DNA from: Deltaproteobacteria bacterium | GTDB taxonomy: Bacteria; Myxococcota_A; Polyangia; Polyangiales; JADJMO01 | Length of the DNA: 64,000 nt | NCBI GenBank assembly: GCA_016182965.1 | Contig: JACPFM010000026.1 | Span: 30,190 to 94,189 of the forward strand | Direction of reading: 5' to 3' | In this document: piece after piece, positions 34,201-43,280 of the stretch | Numbering within the stretch: the first letter of the stretch is position 1 | How the letters are laid out: every line of letters starts with the position of its first letter | The notes under the pieces: generated by a model | Told to the model about the DNA's origin: nothing | Seen by the model: the letters and a program-made list of their open reading frames with translations, nothing else | Databases searched by the model: none | Made by a program: the position numbers and the translations under genes

Positions 34201-36104
34201 CACTTGACCAGTGTGGGCACGTTTCGGTTCGTCGTGGTGCCGTCGCCGAGCTGGCCGGCGTAGTTGCCGCCCCAGCAGGAGATGCCGGACGAGTTCAGCG
34301 CACACGCGTGGTAATAGCCCGCGGTCGCCTGCGTGACCCCCGAGAGGCCGGAGATGACTGACACCACCGTTCGATCGGTGTAGGTCGCGTCGCCGAGCTG
34401 GCCATAGAAATTGCCGCCAGCGCAGGCCATGGTGGCGTCGCTCCTCAGGCCGCACGCGAAGTTGTACCCGACGAACATTCGCTGCATGCCGTTGTACTGG
34501 GTCGCCGACGCGGGCGACTTGATCGGCATCGTGGACGTGTACCCGAACATCCCATCTGCATCCCGACCCCAGCAGCTCACTCCGGTGTCCGTGCGGACCG
34601 CGCACGTTCCCTTGTTCATCGCCCACGACGAATAGGCGCCGCTGACGGTCGTGGGCGTGTAATGCGGGCTCGTGTCGCCGCTGCCCACCTGACCGACGGC
34701 GTTGTAACCGAAGCAGTACAGTGTCGTCCCGCTCAACGCGCAGATCGTGTCCTGGCCGGCAACGATCTGCGAGACCGAGGTGAGTCCGGCGACCGGCGTT
34801 GGCACGAGGTACTTCGAGCCGGTGAGATCCTGTCCGCCCCAACACTTGACCGTGCCGTCCATCAGCAGCGCGCACGTATTGGCGAAGCTGAGAGCGAGAG
34901 CCTTCACGTCGGTCAGGCCAGGGACGGGTTTCGGCACGATGTGCGCGTCACTGGTCCCGTCGCCCAGCTCACCGTTCATGTTGGGTCCCCAGCACGCCAC
35001 CGAGCGATCGCCGAGAACCGCGCAGCCATGGTAGAGCCCCAACACGACGCTCAGCGCTCCTTTCAGCGCAGGCACGGCGACAGGCGTCTTCCGGTCCGTC
35101 GTCGTCCCGTCACCGAGCTGGCCAACAGAGTTGCTGCCCCAGCAGCGCACCGATCGATCGCTGAGGATCGCGCAGTTCGCGTCTCCGAGTGTCGGCGCGA
35201 GATCGATCGGTGACAGACACGTGTTCGCCTCGCCGCATGCCTTGCCCGCGGAGCAGGTTCCGCACACGATGGTGCCGCCGCAACCGTTCGGATACGTGCC
35301 GCAGACCATTCCCGTCGGACATGCGGTGACGGGCGGCGTGCAGCCGCACACGCCCGCCGCTCCGCCGCCGCCGCAGGTCTGCGGCGCGACGCAGGCAGCA
35401 CCGTCGCTGACGAAGGCGGAGCCGAGAGCGTTGCACTTCGTCGGCTGTGCCCCAGAGCACGACCGCGCTCCGGGCGTGCAGAACGTACAGCGTCCAGCAG
35501 TCGCGCTGCACGTCGCCGTTGGACAGGTCACGACCGACGTGTATCCACTGCCGTCGCTCTTGCACTGGCGAAGCGCGTCGCCGCTGCACGAATAGGCGGA
35601 CGCCGTGCAGACCGGACCTGTATCGACGGCGACTTCGGCGGCATCGAATGCGGAGTCCGCGACGAGCGTGTCAGGCGCAGTATCTGGAGCACCGCCATCG
35701 ACGGTCGTGTCGGGAGACGAGTCCGCGACGTCGGCCTTGGAATCCGCGACGTCAACCGCGGAGTCCGCCACGAGCGTATCAGGCGCAGTGTCTGAGATTC
35801 CGGTGTCGGCAGCTGTGTCGGCCGACGAATCGAGGGACTCCACGTCTGGCGCGTCGCCGAGGTCGAATGCCGCGTCCGAGGCCTCTGCGACCTCCACGTC
35901 GGCAATCGTGTCAGGAACGCTATCGCCGATGGCTGAATCGTCGACCGAGGTCTCGATCGTCGACGAGTCGACCGGCACGAGCCCCTCGCACTGCGTCTCG
36001 TCCAGTTCGCAGCCCGACGGGAACTCGGTTCGGAAGCACCCTGCGCCGGCGGCGAGAAGGGCCGCCGCGGACAGGACGCGGGCAAGTTGCGCGGATGCCC
36101 GCAT
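34197..36104 (-). CDS. RCC1-repeat lipoprotein
   Basis: Lipobox LLAAGAGC. Acidic Asp/Ser/Thr-rich repeats, a Cys-rich region, then repeated CWGxNxxGQLGDG RCC1 blades. Confidence 0.8.
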   Translation of the reverse strand: MRASAQLARVLSAAALLAAGAGCFRTEFPSGCELDETQCEGLVPVDSSTIETSVDDSAIGDSVPDTIADVEVAEASDAAFDLGDAPDVESLDSSADTAADTGISDTAPDTLVADSAVDVADSKADVADSSPDTTVDGGAPDTAPDTLVADSAFDAAEVAVDTGPVCTASAYSCSGDALRQCKSDGSGYTSVVTCPTATCSATAGRCTFCTPGARSCSGAQPTKCNALGSAFVSDGAACVAPQTCGGGGAAGVCGCTPPVTACPTGMVCGTYPNGCGGTIVCGTCSAGKACGEANTCLSPIDLAPTLGDANCAILSDRSVRCWGSNSVGQLGDGTTTDRKTPVAVPALKGALSVVLGLYHGCAVLGDRSVACWGPNMNGELGDGTSDAHIVPKPVPGLTDVKALALSFANTCALLMDGTVKCWGGQDLTGSKYLVPTPVAGLTSVSQIVAGQDTICALSGTTLYCFGYNAVGQVGSGDTSPHYTPTTVSGAYSSWAMNKGTCAVRTDTGVSCWGRDADGMFGYTSTMPIKSPASATQYNGMQRMFVGYNFACGLRSDATMACAGGNFYGQLGDATYTDRTVVSVISGLSGVTQATAGYYHACALNSSGISCWGGNYAGQLGDGTTTNRNVPTLVKW

Positions 36105-36107
36105 GTT

Positions 36108-37091
36108 TCAGAACCTCCCCTCGACCGAGAACCCGAGCGTCGGTCCAACGAGCGGGGCGACGATCGCCGTCGTCTTCGTGGTCGGCTCGCCCGATCGCGT
36201 TGTCAGGGCGATGCCCACGCCGATCGCAGCGAGGGCGATGCCTCCGGAGACCCAGCCGATCGTTTCCCAGGTGCGGACGCGCGACGCGCCGGCCAGATCG
36301 GCGTCGCACTTTGGGGTCTTCTGCGCGGCGCAGTTCGACTCGAGATCGCTCTGCGCGGCCTTCGCCAGCACAAACGAAGCGGCCGAACCCAGCACCATCA
36401 GGCCGCCGCCGATGAAGAACGGCGTCGCACCGAGCGCACCACCCGAAGCTCGCGGTGCGGCATTGCCTGCCGTCGTTGCCGAAGCCGCGGGCGGTGGCGC
36501 GGTCTTCGCTGCCGATACGCTCCCGACCGGCGGCGCGATCGACGTATCGATCTCGACCTCGAGGTTCTGGCTGTCTTGCAGCGTCACTTTCTGGCGGAAG
36601 ACTTCGACGTCACCGCGCTTCGCGACGACGACGTGGGTTCCAGGGTTCAGCGGAATCGTGACCGGCGGGCCGACGGGCTTGTCGTCGACCGTGACCCACG
36701 CGTCGGCCTTGCTGTTCGCTGCCAGACGGATCGTGAGCTTCGGCATGCGCGCGCGCAGGTCGTCGAGATCGCCCTGAACCGTCGAGCGGATCGCATCGGC
36801 CTTCGGATCCTTGAGCAGATCGGAGAGGATCTCCTCGGCCTCGATGAACCTCCCGAGGCGCACGAGCAGCGTCGCACGCTTAAGCCGCGTGTACACGTTG
36901 TGCTTCTCGGCGGGGATCTCGTCGAGGAGCGCGAGGGCCCTCTCGTACTCCTCGTTCTTCTCGGCATCGACCACGGCCTTGAACTTCGTCTCGTATCCGG
37001 GCGGCGCACCCTTCGGTGGCGGCGCAGCCCACGCAGAAGTGGCCGCGAGCGCAAGCCCTAGGACGAGTGGAACGAAGCGGCGCGTGTTCAT
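36108..37091 (-). CDS. secreted protein with TPR-like and PEGA-like regions and C-terminal TM segments
   Basis: Signal peptide RFVPLVLGLALAATSAWA. LNPGTHVVVAKRGDVEVFRQKVTL is PEGA-like. Hydrophobic segments lie near the C-terminus. Confidence 0.6.
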   Translation of the reverse strand: MNTRRFVPLVLGLALAATSAWAAPPPKGAPPGYETKFKAVVDAEKNEEYERALALLDEIPAEKHNVYTRLKRATLLVRLGRFIEAEEILSDLLKDPKADAIRSTVQGDLDDLRARMPKLTIRLAANSKADAWVTVDDKPVGPPVTIPLNPGTHVVVAKRGDVEVFRQKVTLQDSQNLEVEIDTSIAPPVGSVSAAKTAPPPAASATTAGNAAPRASGGALGATPFFIGGGLMVLGSAASFVLAKAAQSDLESNCAAQKTPKCDADLAGASRVRTWETIGWVSGGIALAAIGVGIALTTRSGEPTTKTTAIVAPLVGPTLGFSVEGRF

Positions 37092-37186
37092 CGGATGAAG
37101 GTCGACCGAAACGGCGGGTGAGTTGCGTCCTGCAGCGATTATCCCCGACCGCCGCGCGGTTCAAGCAACGCGGTCTACGCGTCCGC

Positions 37187-38959
37187 TCAACCGCCGCAGC
37201 GTTTGAGACCCGCCACCGCCGCCGCCATCGTCGGGTCCTTCTCCAGGATTTGGCGATAGACCTCACGCGCTCCAGCCTTCTTCCCGCGTCGTTCGAGGAT
37301 CTGCGCGTGGAGCAGCTGCGCCTGCGTTCCACCGCCGCCAGCGACGGCCAGCCTCGCCTCCGCGTCCGCCGTTTCGAGATCGCCGGCATTGAGCGCGTCG
37401 ACCGCGCCCTGATAGTGACTGGTCGGCTTCGGCTTCGCCGGAGCGGCGATCGCGAGGGGCTTTCCGGACGCGGGCGGTTGAGCGGTCGGGGTCGTCGACG
37501 CACTCATCGCGGTCGACGGGACCGGCGCGGGCGCGGAAACGGCCATCGTCGCCCCGATGCTCGGCGCCGGTGGCGATGCCGAAACGAGGTGCGACGCGAC
37601 CGCGCTCGCCGCGGGCACCGCCGGCGCCCCACGATCGCCGCTGCGCACGACCAGCACCAGCGCGGCGATGCTCGCGAGCAGGACCGCGAGGCCGCCCATG
37701 GTCGCAGCGACGACGAGGAGCGGCCGGCTCGGCGCGATTGCCTTGCCCGGGACGGTATCCAACCCGGTGCTCTCGTCGTGGGTCCGCGTCGTCGCGCCGC
37801 CGGTCTCGACCGGCTGGGCGTCCGTCAATGCAACGAGCGCCTCGGTTCGCGCGGTCGGGTCGGCGCTCGCATGAATCACCGCCGTCTGTCGATCAGTCGA
37901 CGCCGATCCAAGCACGAGCGCATCGGCGCTGATCGGCCGGGTGCTAGCGGGGTCCGTGCCGGAGCTCGCCAGCGCCGTCGCGACGCGCACGTGCGCGGTC
38001 GGGAACGCCTCAGACGGGGGCGGCCCGTCGACTTTGACTGTCGGACGCGCGCGCTCCTGCACCGTGCCGTCGTCGGGTGGCGGCGGTGTGCTGCGGGGCG
38101 CGGAGATCGGGGCCACAGACTGCGCGCGTGTCGACTCGAGCACCGCGTGCACGGCGGTCTGCATCTCCCGAGCGGTCTGGAAACGTTCGGCCGGGTTCTT
38201 CCGCAATGCGCACGCAATCAGCTCCTCGAGCGCCGGCGGGAATGGGCGACCGCTCCGCTGAGCGAGCGTCGGCGGCGGGGTGTAGATGTGCTGCCGAAGC
38301 AGCTCCTGCGCGTTCGGAGCGTCGAACGCAGGATCGCCGGTGAGCATCTCGAACAGCACGAGCGCGACGGCGTACAGATCGGCCGCGAAGCTGACCGGTT
38401 GCCCCTTCGCCTGCTCGGGGCTCATGTACTTCGGCGTGCCGATCGCGACGCCATGGGCGGTGTTCGGGCCGGTGCCGGTGTCGATGATCGACTTGGAGAT
38501 CCCGAGATCGAGGATCTTCAAGCGACCGCGGGTCGTGAGGAAGAGGTTCGCGGGTTTGATGTCGCGATGGATCAGGTGCGCGTCGTGTGCGGCGGCAAGC
38601 CCATCGAGGAGCTGGAGCCCGAGGACCAGCGCCTGATCGAGACGCAACGCGCCGCGTTCACGCAGGGCCTGCAGCAGCGTGACGCCATCGACGTACTCCA
38701 TGACGAAGTACGTGCGCCCATCAAGCGTCTCGCCGAGGTCGACGATCGGCGCGAACGCGTCGTGATTGAGCTTCGCCCCCCGCTGCGCCTCGGCGATGAA
38801 CCGTCCGACGACGTCCTTGTTGGCGAGGAACTTCTGCTGGATCACCTTCATCACGAACGGCTTGCCGAGCCGCGTGTGCTCCACCAGCAGCACGACGCCA
38901 TGCGAGCCTTCGCCGAGGACGCGCACCGGCTTGTAGTTCAGGCCACGCAGGTCTTCCAT
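37187..38959 (-). CDS. Hanks-type Ser/Thr protein kinase, membrane-anchored, with C-terminal TPR-like region
   Basis: GEGSHGVV (P-loop), VMK, HRDIKPANL, DLG, TPKYMSPEQ. TM segment GGLAVLLASIAALVLVV. Start is ATG 38959. Confidence 0.85.
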   Translation of the reverse strand: MEDLRGLNYKPVRVLGEGSHGVVLLVEHTRLGKPFVMKVIQQKFLANKDVVGRFIAEAQRGAKLNHDAFAPIVDLGETLDGRTYFVMEYVDGVTLLQALRERGALRLDQALVLGLQLLDGLAAAHDAHLIHRDIKPANLFLTTRGRLKILDLGISKSIIDTGTGPNTAHGVAIGTPKYMSPEQAKGQPVSFAADLYAVALVLFEMLTGDPAFDAPNAQELLRQHIYTPPPTLAQRSGRPFPPALEELIACALRKNPAERFQTAREMQTAVHAVLESTRAQSVAPISAPRSTPPPPDDGTVQERARPTVKVDGPPPSEAFPTAHVRVATALASSGTDPASTRPISADALVLGSASTDRQTAVIHASADPTARTEALVALTDAQPVETGGATTRTHDESTGLDTVPGKAIAPSRPLLVVAATMGGLAVLLASIAALVLVVRSGDRGAPAVPAASAVASHLVSASPPAPSIGATMAVSAPAPVPSTAMSASTTPTAQPPASGKPLAIAAPAKPKPTSHYQGAVDALNAGDLETADAEARLAVAGGGGTQAQLLHAQILERRGKKAGAREVYRQILEKDPTMAAAVAGLKRCGG

Positions 38960-39217
38960 CGCAGGTCCCGGGGCGCGCTCCCGAAGCGGTCGCGAATCTC
39001 GGAGGGTACCACGCGGGAAGTGACCTGCCTCAGGCCAAGGCGAGCAGGGTGCCGAGGGCGCGCCGCCACCTGAGGACAGCTTCCAGTGACGCCGAAGCAA
39101 CCGAGGCTCGGAATCGGTCGACACAGCCTTGAAGACCCGCGCCGGGTGGCAGCTCGCCGCTCCGCCCGCCCGGTCGAACCGTCGCCGGTCTCGCCGGCCC
39201 CACAGGAGTCGACACCC

Positions 39218-39790
39218 ATGAACAAGAGCCTCTCGACCTGCGCTGCGCTCGCCCTCTCGTTCGTCATCGCCAGCGCTGCTGGCGCCGCCGAGCCGACGAA
39301 CACGGACGACTCGACCCGCGGAGGCGAACCGTCGCCGCGAACGCCCCTCAACGCGGCGAGCATCGCCCTGCTCGCCGGCCACGGCTTCAAAGACGCGTTC
39401 AAGACCGGCTTCGGCGGCCGGCTCGGCTACACGCTGGAGAACAAGATCTACGTCGGCGGGAGCTTCGTCTACCACGTCGGCATCAGCGCCCCGCTCGTCC
39501 AAGCGAACGTCTGGTACGGCGGCGGAGAGCTGGGGTACGACCTGTTCGCCGGACCGTTCGTCGTCCGCCCCTACGCTGGAATCGGCGTCGCGAGCATGTT
39601 CGCGAGCGTCAACCTCCCCACCGTCGGCAAGACCACCGCCACCGACAGCCGCTTCGCGATCTGGCCCGGCGCGATGTTCCTGCTCCCCTTCGAAGAGGGC
39701 TCGGCCTTCGTCGGCGTCGACGCGAAGCTCGTCGTCGTCGACAACTCGAACGCCTTCAACACCTACGCGACCTTCGGCATGGCCTTCTGA
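39218..39790 (+). CDS. small outer-membrane beta-barrel protein
   Basis: Signal peptide ending SAAGAAE, alternating beta-strand pattern, C-terminal ...YATFGMAF. RBS CAGGAG. Confidence 0.65.
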   Translation: MNKSLSTCAALALSFVIASAAGAAEPTNTDDSTRGGEPSPRTPLNAASIALLAGHGFKDAFKTGFGGRLGYTLENKIYVGGSFVYHVGISAPLVQANVWYGGGELGYDLFAGPFVVRPYAGIGVASMFASVNLPTVGKTTATDSRFAIWPGAMFLLPFEEGSAFVGVDAKLVVVDNSNAFNTYATFGMAF

Positions 39791-40025
39791 GCGCAACAGG
39801 GACAGCGGGCGACCTTCGCCATCGTGCTCCAGGGCGACGTGCAACACGGCCTCTGGCAACGATGACCCTTCTCGAACGATGACGAACGCGCCGCCGACGG
39901 GAAGCTCTCCCGGCAGCACGGCGTCGCCTTGGCCCAGCCGGCAGCTCACTCGCAGTCCACCATCCCTACCGCGCGCGGTCCGCTTCCCCCCTTGCGCCCG
40001 CCGTTATCCGCCCTAAATACGAACC

Positions 40026-40688
40026 GTGGCCGAGCCCGAGCCCCCGCCCCGCCAGCGTCGCCCGCGCGGCCGACCGAAGACCGGCAAGGCCGGCCTGCCG
40101 CACCGCGCGCGCCCGGAGGTCTCGCCCTCGCACCCGCACCACGTCACCGTCCGCATGAAGCGCGGCACCTGGAACCTGCGCGCGCAGCGGTGCTTCCGCC
40201 CGATCCTCGAGGCGTTCCGCGGCGTACGCCGCCGGCCAGGCTTCCGGGTCACGCACTTCTCGGTGCAGGGCAATCACCTGCACCTGATCGCCGAGGCGAG
40301 CGAGCGGCGCGCCATGTCGAACGGCCTGCGCGCCCTTCTCATTCGCATCGCCCGCGCGCTCAACGGCGTCATGCACGCGCGCGGCTCGCGCTTCGCCGAT
40401 CGGTACCACGAGAGCGTGCTGCGCACGGCGAGCTCGGTCCGTCGTTGCCTGCGCTACGTGCTCGAGAACCACGCGCGCCACCTTACGAAGCTCGGCAAGG
40501 GCCACCTCGCCGCGCCGGTCGATCGCTTCTCGTCGGCGGCGTGGTTCGACGGGTTCCGCCCCGGCGTCGCGCTGCCACCCGCGATCGGCGATCCGCCGGT
40601 CACCAGTCCTCGCTCTTCGCTGCTCTCGCACGCGTGGCGCACGCTCGGCCTTCTCGATGCGTTCGAACCGCCGCGCCCGACGCCCTGA
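40026..40688 (+). CDS. REP-associated tyrosine transposase (RAYT) / IS200-Y1 family
   Basis: HHVTVR, HFSVQGNHLHLIAEA (HUH motif) and RYVLENHARH (catalytic Tyr helix). Confidence 0.75.
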   Translation: MAEPEPPPRQRRPRGRPKTGKAGLPHRARPEVSPSHPHHVTVRMKRGTWNLRAQRCFRPILEAFRGVRRRPGFRVTHFSVQGNHLHLIAEASERRAMSNGLRALLIRIARALNGVMHARGSRFADRYHESVLRTASSVRRCLRYVLENHARHLTKLGKGHLAAPVDRFSSAAWFDGFRPGVALPPAIGDPPVTSPRSSLLSHAWRTLGLLDAFEPPRPTP

Positions 40689-40792
40689 CCCGAGCGAGCG
40701 ACGACCGATCGCCGTCGACCACCCTTCATGTCATGCCCGACCCGCACGATCTTCGCGTCGCAGCGCGGTTCGCTCGCTCTTCGGAGCGCGCG

Positions 40793-41602
40793 TCACCGTT
40801 CCACGGCGTCGGCTGATCGCACTTCGCGAGGCAGGTTCATCGCGTCGTCGTGGCCGCGACCTTCCATCACGCCGGCTCGGACGAGCTCTCGAACGCGCCA
40901 GCACACCAACTCTGGGGACATCGGATGATCGGCGAGCAGCGCCCCGAGCACGCGGCGGGCGTTCGTCCAATCACCGTTCTTGCACACGACCAACAGCTCC
41001 TCGTCGAACGCAGTGACCGGCAGATGCACGATGGCCTCGCCGTCGAGGACTCGAATCCACTCTCCCTCGCGCGCGCGGAGCTCCTCCCAACGTCGCGCAC
41101 GGTCATCGACATCGACGACCTTCGCTCGCCGATTCCAGGCGGCGGCGGCTTCCTGCGCGTCGGCGACCGTGATCGCATCGTAGAAGGCCGGGCGCTCGAC
41201 GCCGCCCCACGACGCCCCGCTCGCCATCACCGCCACTTCGTGCACGCGCTCGGGCTGGTCGCGAAGCCGCCAGCAGGCACGAAGCGCGAAGATGCGCTCC
41301 ATCGCGTGCGGTCCGTGCCAGAGCAGCACGTCCTCGTCGCCCGCGCGAACCTGCGCCCACAGATCCGCATCGTCGAAACGTCGCGCCTCGTCGGGCTCGA
41401 GCGGCGCGCCGCGCAGCTTGGTCCACCACTCGACCCTCGACGCCGCGCCGTCGTCGGCATCCCGCAGAGGACCCTCGGCGTAATCGTCGCGCATCGCCAG
41501 GACGGGCTCGTCTCGTCCGAGGAGCTTCAGGGTCTCGGAGATCACCTCGGCAGCGGCCTCGCCGCTGGTCAGGTGGACGAACTTCCGGGTGGATGAGCGC
41601 AT
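40793..41602 (-). CDS. DUF1835/DUF3658-like protein
   Basis: The N-terminal VHLTSGEAAA...LLGRDEPVLAMRDDYAEGPL pattern resembles DUF1835. This is recognition by eye only. Confidence 0.5.
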   Translation of the reverse strand: MRSSTRKFVHLTSGEAAAEVISETLKLLGRDEPVLAMRDDYAEGPLRDADDGAASRVEWWTKLRGAPLEPDEARRFDDADLWAQVRAGDEDVLLWHGPHAMERIFALRACWRLRDQPERVHEVAVMASGASWGGVERPAFYDAITVADAQEAAAAWNRRAKVVDVDDRARRWEELRAREGEWIRVLDGEAIVHLPVTAFDEELLVVCKNGDWTNARRVLGALLADHPMSPELVCWRVRELVRAGVMEGRGHDDAMNLPREVRSADAVER

Positions 41603-41701
41603 CGGATGGAGCCGTGCGAAGCAGGCTACCAGAGCGACCATCCACGACCACCACGCTCGCCGCGCGTCGCGACGGCCTCCCGATCGCGGGCCCCAAGCGG
41701 A

Positions 41702-42094
41702 TCAACCGGCGCGAATCGCTGCGACGTGCGGTGCGAGCTCCCTTCGGGCCTCGTTCAGGCGGTCCACCGAGACCCATGCGTGCGCCGCGGCCGCTTCACG
41801 GTCCGGGGCGACCAGGACGACGTAGAGGTCCTCGGTCGCGTCGATCGCCCCGACGATGAACCGACCTTCCTTGTCACGGGCGATGAATGGCTTGGGGTGC
41901 TCCGCCTCCGCTGCTTGAATCAGGTCGATCGCTTCCGACAGAAGCGGGATCTCCGATTCGTCGAGCGGCATGCGCGCAGCCCAGAACGGCTCGCCCTCGG
42001 CCCCGAACAGGTAGACCTGCGAGGAGCGATGGCGAGCCATCAGCTGGTGAAGGAGACCGACGACGAAGGCGTCCGTGATCGGCTGCGCCCGCAT
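41702..42094 (-). CDS. hypothetical protein
   Basis: 130-aa GC3-rich ORF. No motif recognised. Confidence 0.5.
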   Translation of the reverse strand: MRAQPITDAFVVGLLHQLMARHRSSQVYLFGAEGEPFWAARMPLDESEIPLLSEAIDLIQAAEAEHPKPFIARDKEGRFIVGAIDATEDLYVVLVAPDREAAAAHAWVSVDRLNEARRELAPHVAAIRAG

Positions 42095-42201
42095 ACCGGA
42101 ACGTTAGCATCGGCGTCGAACGTGTCGCCCCTCGCGAGCGGCTTCTCTCGGCGCGCGTGTCGGCGATGGACGAGGAGCCGGCCAGCCGCCGGCGCTCGTG
42201 C

Positions 42202-42534
42202 CTACTCGAACATCACCGCGTACGGCCGCTCGATCGCCTGGCGCACCTCGTCGATCCCGAACGTGCGCACGAAGCGCGCGGTCTCGCGACCGGCGAAGAA
42301 GAGGACGAGCGTGGGGATGGTGAGGACCTCGTACTGGCCGGCGGCCTCGGGCACCTGCACGGTGTCGACGAGGATCACGTCGAGGCGCGGGAACTCCTCG
42401 CGCACCAGCGCGAGCGCCTTCTGCTCGACGGCCGCGCCGACCTGGCAGCTCGGCTCGGTGAAGGTCACCATCGCCGCGTCCGACCCGGCCACCAGGCTGC
42501 GCAGCGCCTCGAGGCTGCTGGCGACGTGCTCCAT
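42202..42534 (-). CDS. thioredoxin-fold protein lacking the CxxC motif
   Basis: Trx-like layout (VTFTEPSCQVG...TIPTLVLFFAGRE) with a single Cys. Confidence 0.6.
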   Translation of the reverse strand: MEHVASSLEALRSLVAGSDAAMVTFTEPSCQVGAAVEQKALALVREEFPRLDVILVDTVQVPEAAGQYEVLTIPTLVLFFAGRETARFVRTFGIDEVRQAIERPYAVMFE

Positions 42535-42575
42535 CCGGTGATCCTGCACGACGGCGGTTGACTATTCAAGCAACG

Positions 42576-43280
42576 ATGCAAATACTCGAGCCGGTGACCA
42601 CCTCTCCCCGGCGCTTCAAGGACACGATCTACGAGCAGTTCGCCCGGCTCGGAAAGGCCGTCTCCGCGCCCAAGCGCATCGAGCTGCTCGACCTCTTGTG
42701 TCAGGGGCCGCGCACCGTCGAGGTGCTCGCCGAGCAGGCGGCGGTCTCGGTCGCGAACGCGTCGCAGCACCTGCAGGTCCTCCGCGCCGCGCGCCTCGTC
42801 GAGGCCGAGAAGAAGGGGCTCTACGTCGAGTACCGCCTCGCCGACGACGACGTGTGCGACTTCTTCCTCACGCTGCGCCGCCTCGCCGAGTCGCGGCTGT
42901 CCGAGGTCGAGCAGGTCGCGCGCGAGTACTTCGACGGGCGCGGCTCGCTCGAGCCGGTCGCGGGCGACGAGCTGCGCCGCCGCGTGCGGAGCGGCGAGGT
43001 CACCGTGATCGACGTCCGACCGGTCGAGGAGTACCGCGCGGGGCACATCCCCGGCGCGCTCTCCGTTCCGCTCTCGCAGCTGAAGGCGCGCCTCGACGAG
43101 CTGCCCAAGGGCCGCGAGGTCGTCGCGTACTGTCGCGGTCCGTACTGCGTGATGGCGGTCGAGGCGGTGGAGCTGCTCCGCAAGAAGGGCTTCCAGGCGC
43201 ACCGCATGGAGCAGGGCGTGATCGAGTGGCGCGCCGGCGGCGGGCGCGTCGCGCGGCCCGGCAAGCGCGCGCGTCCATGA
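42576..43280 (+). CDS. ArsR-family regulator fused to a rhodanese domain
   Basis: ArsR HTH (RIELLDLLCQGPRTVEVLAEQAAVSVANASQHLQVLRAARLV) plus rhodanese (VIDVRPVEEYRAGHIPGA...VAYCRGPYC). Other in-frame starts are TTG 42558 and GTG 42594. Confidence 0.8.
   Translation: MQILEPVTTSPRRFKDTIYEQFARLGKAVSAPKRIELLDLLCQGPRTVEVLAEQAAVSVANASQHLQVLRAARLVEAEKKGLYVEYRLADDDVCDFFLTLRRLAESRLSEVEQVAREYFDGRGSLEPVAGDELRRRVRSGEVTVIDVRPVEEYRAGHIPGALSVPLSQLKARLDELPKGREVVAYCRGPYCVMAVEAVELLRKKGFQAHRMEQGVIEWRAGGGRVARPGKRARP

Noticed and set aside
37016-39073. 685-aa plus-strand ORF, and the extended minus-strand ORF 37187-39949
   Set aside because: The plus-strand ORF is antisense to the kinase. The minus-strand ORF upstream of ATG 38959 has no kinase-related sequence, and an RBS-independent extension is unnecessary. 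Kinase subdomain I starts 10 aa after ATG 38959.
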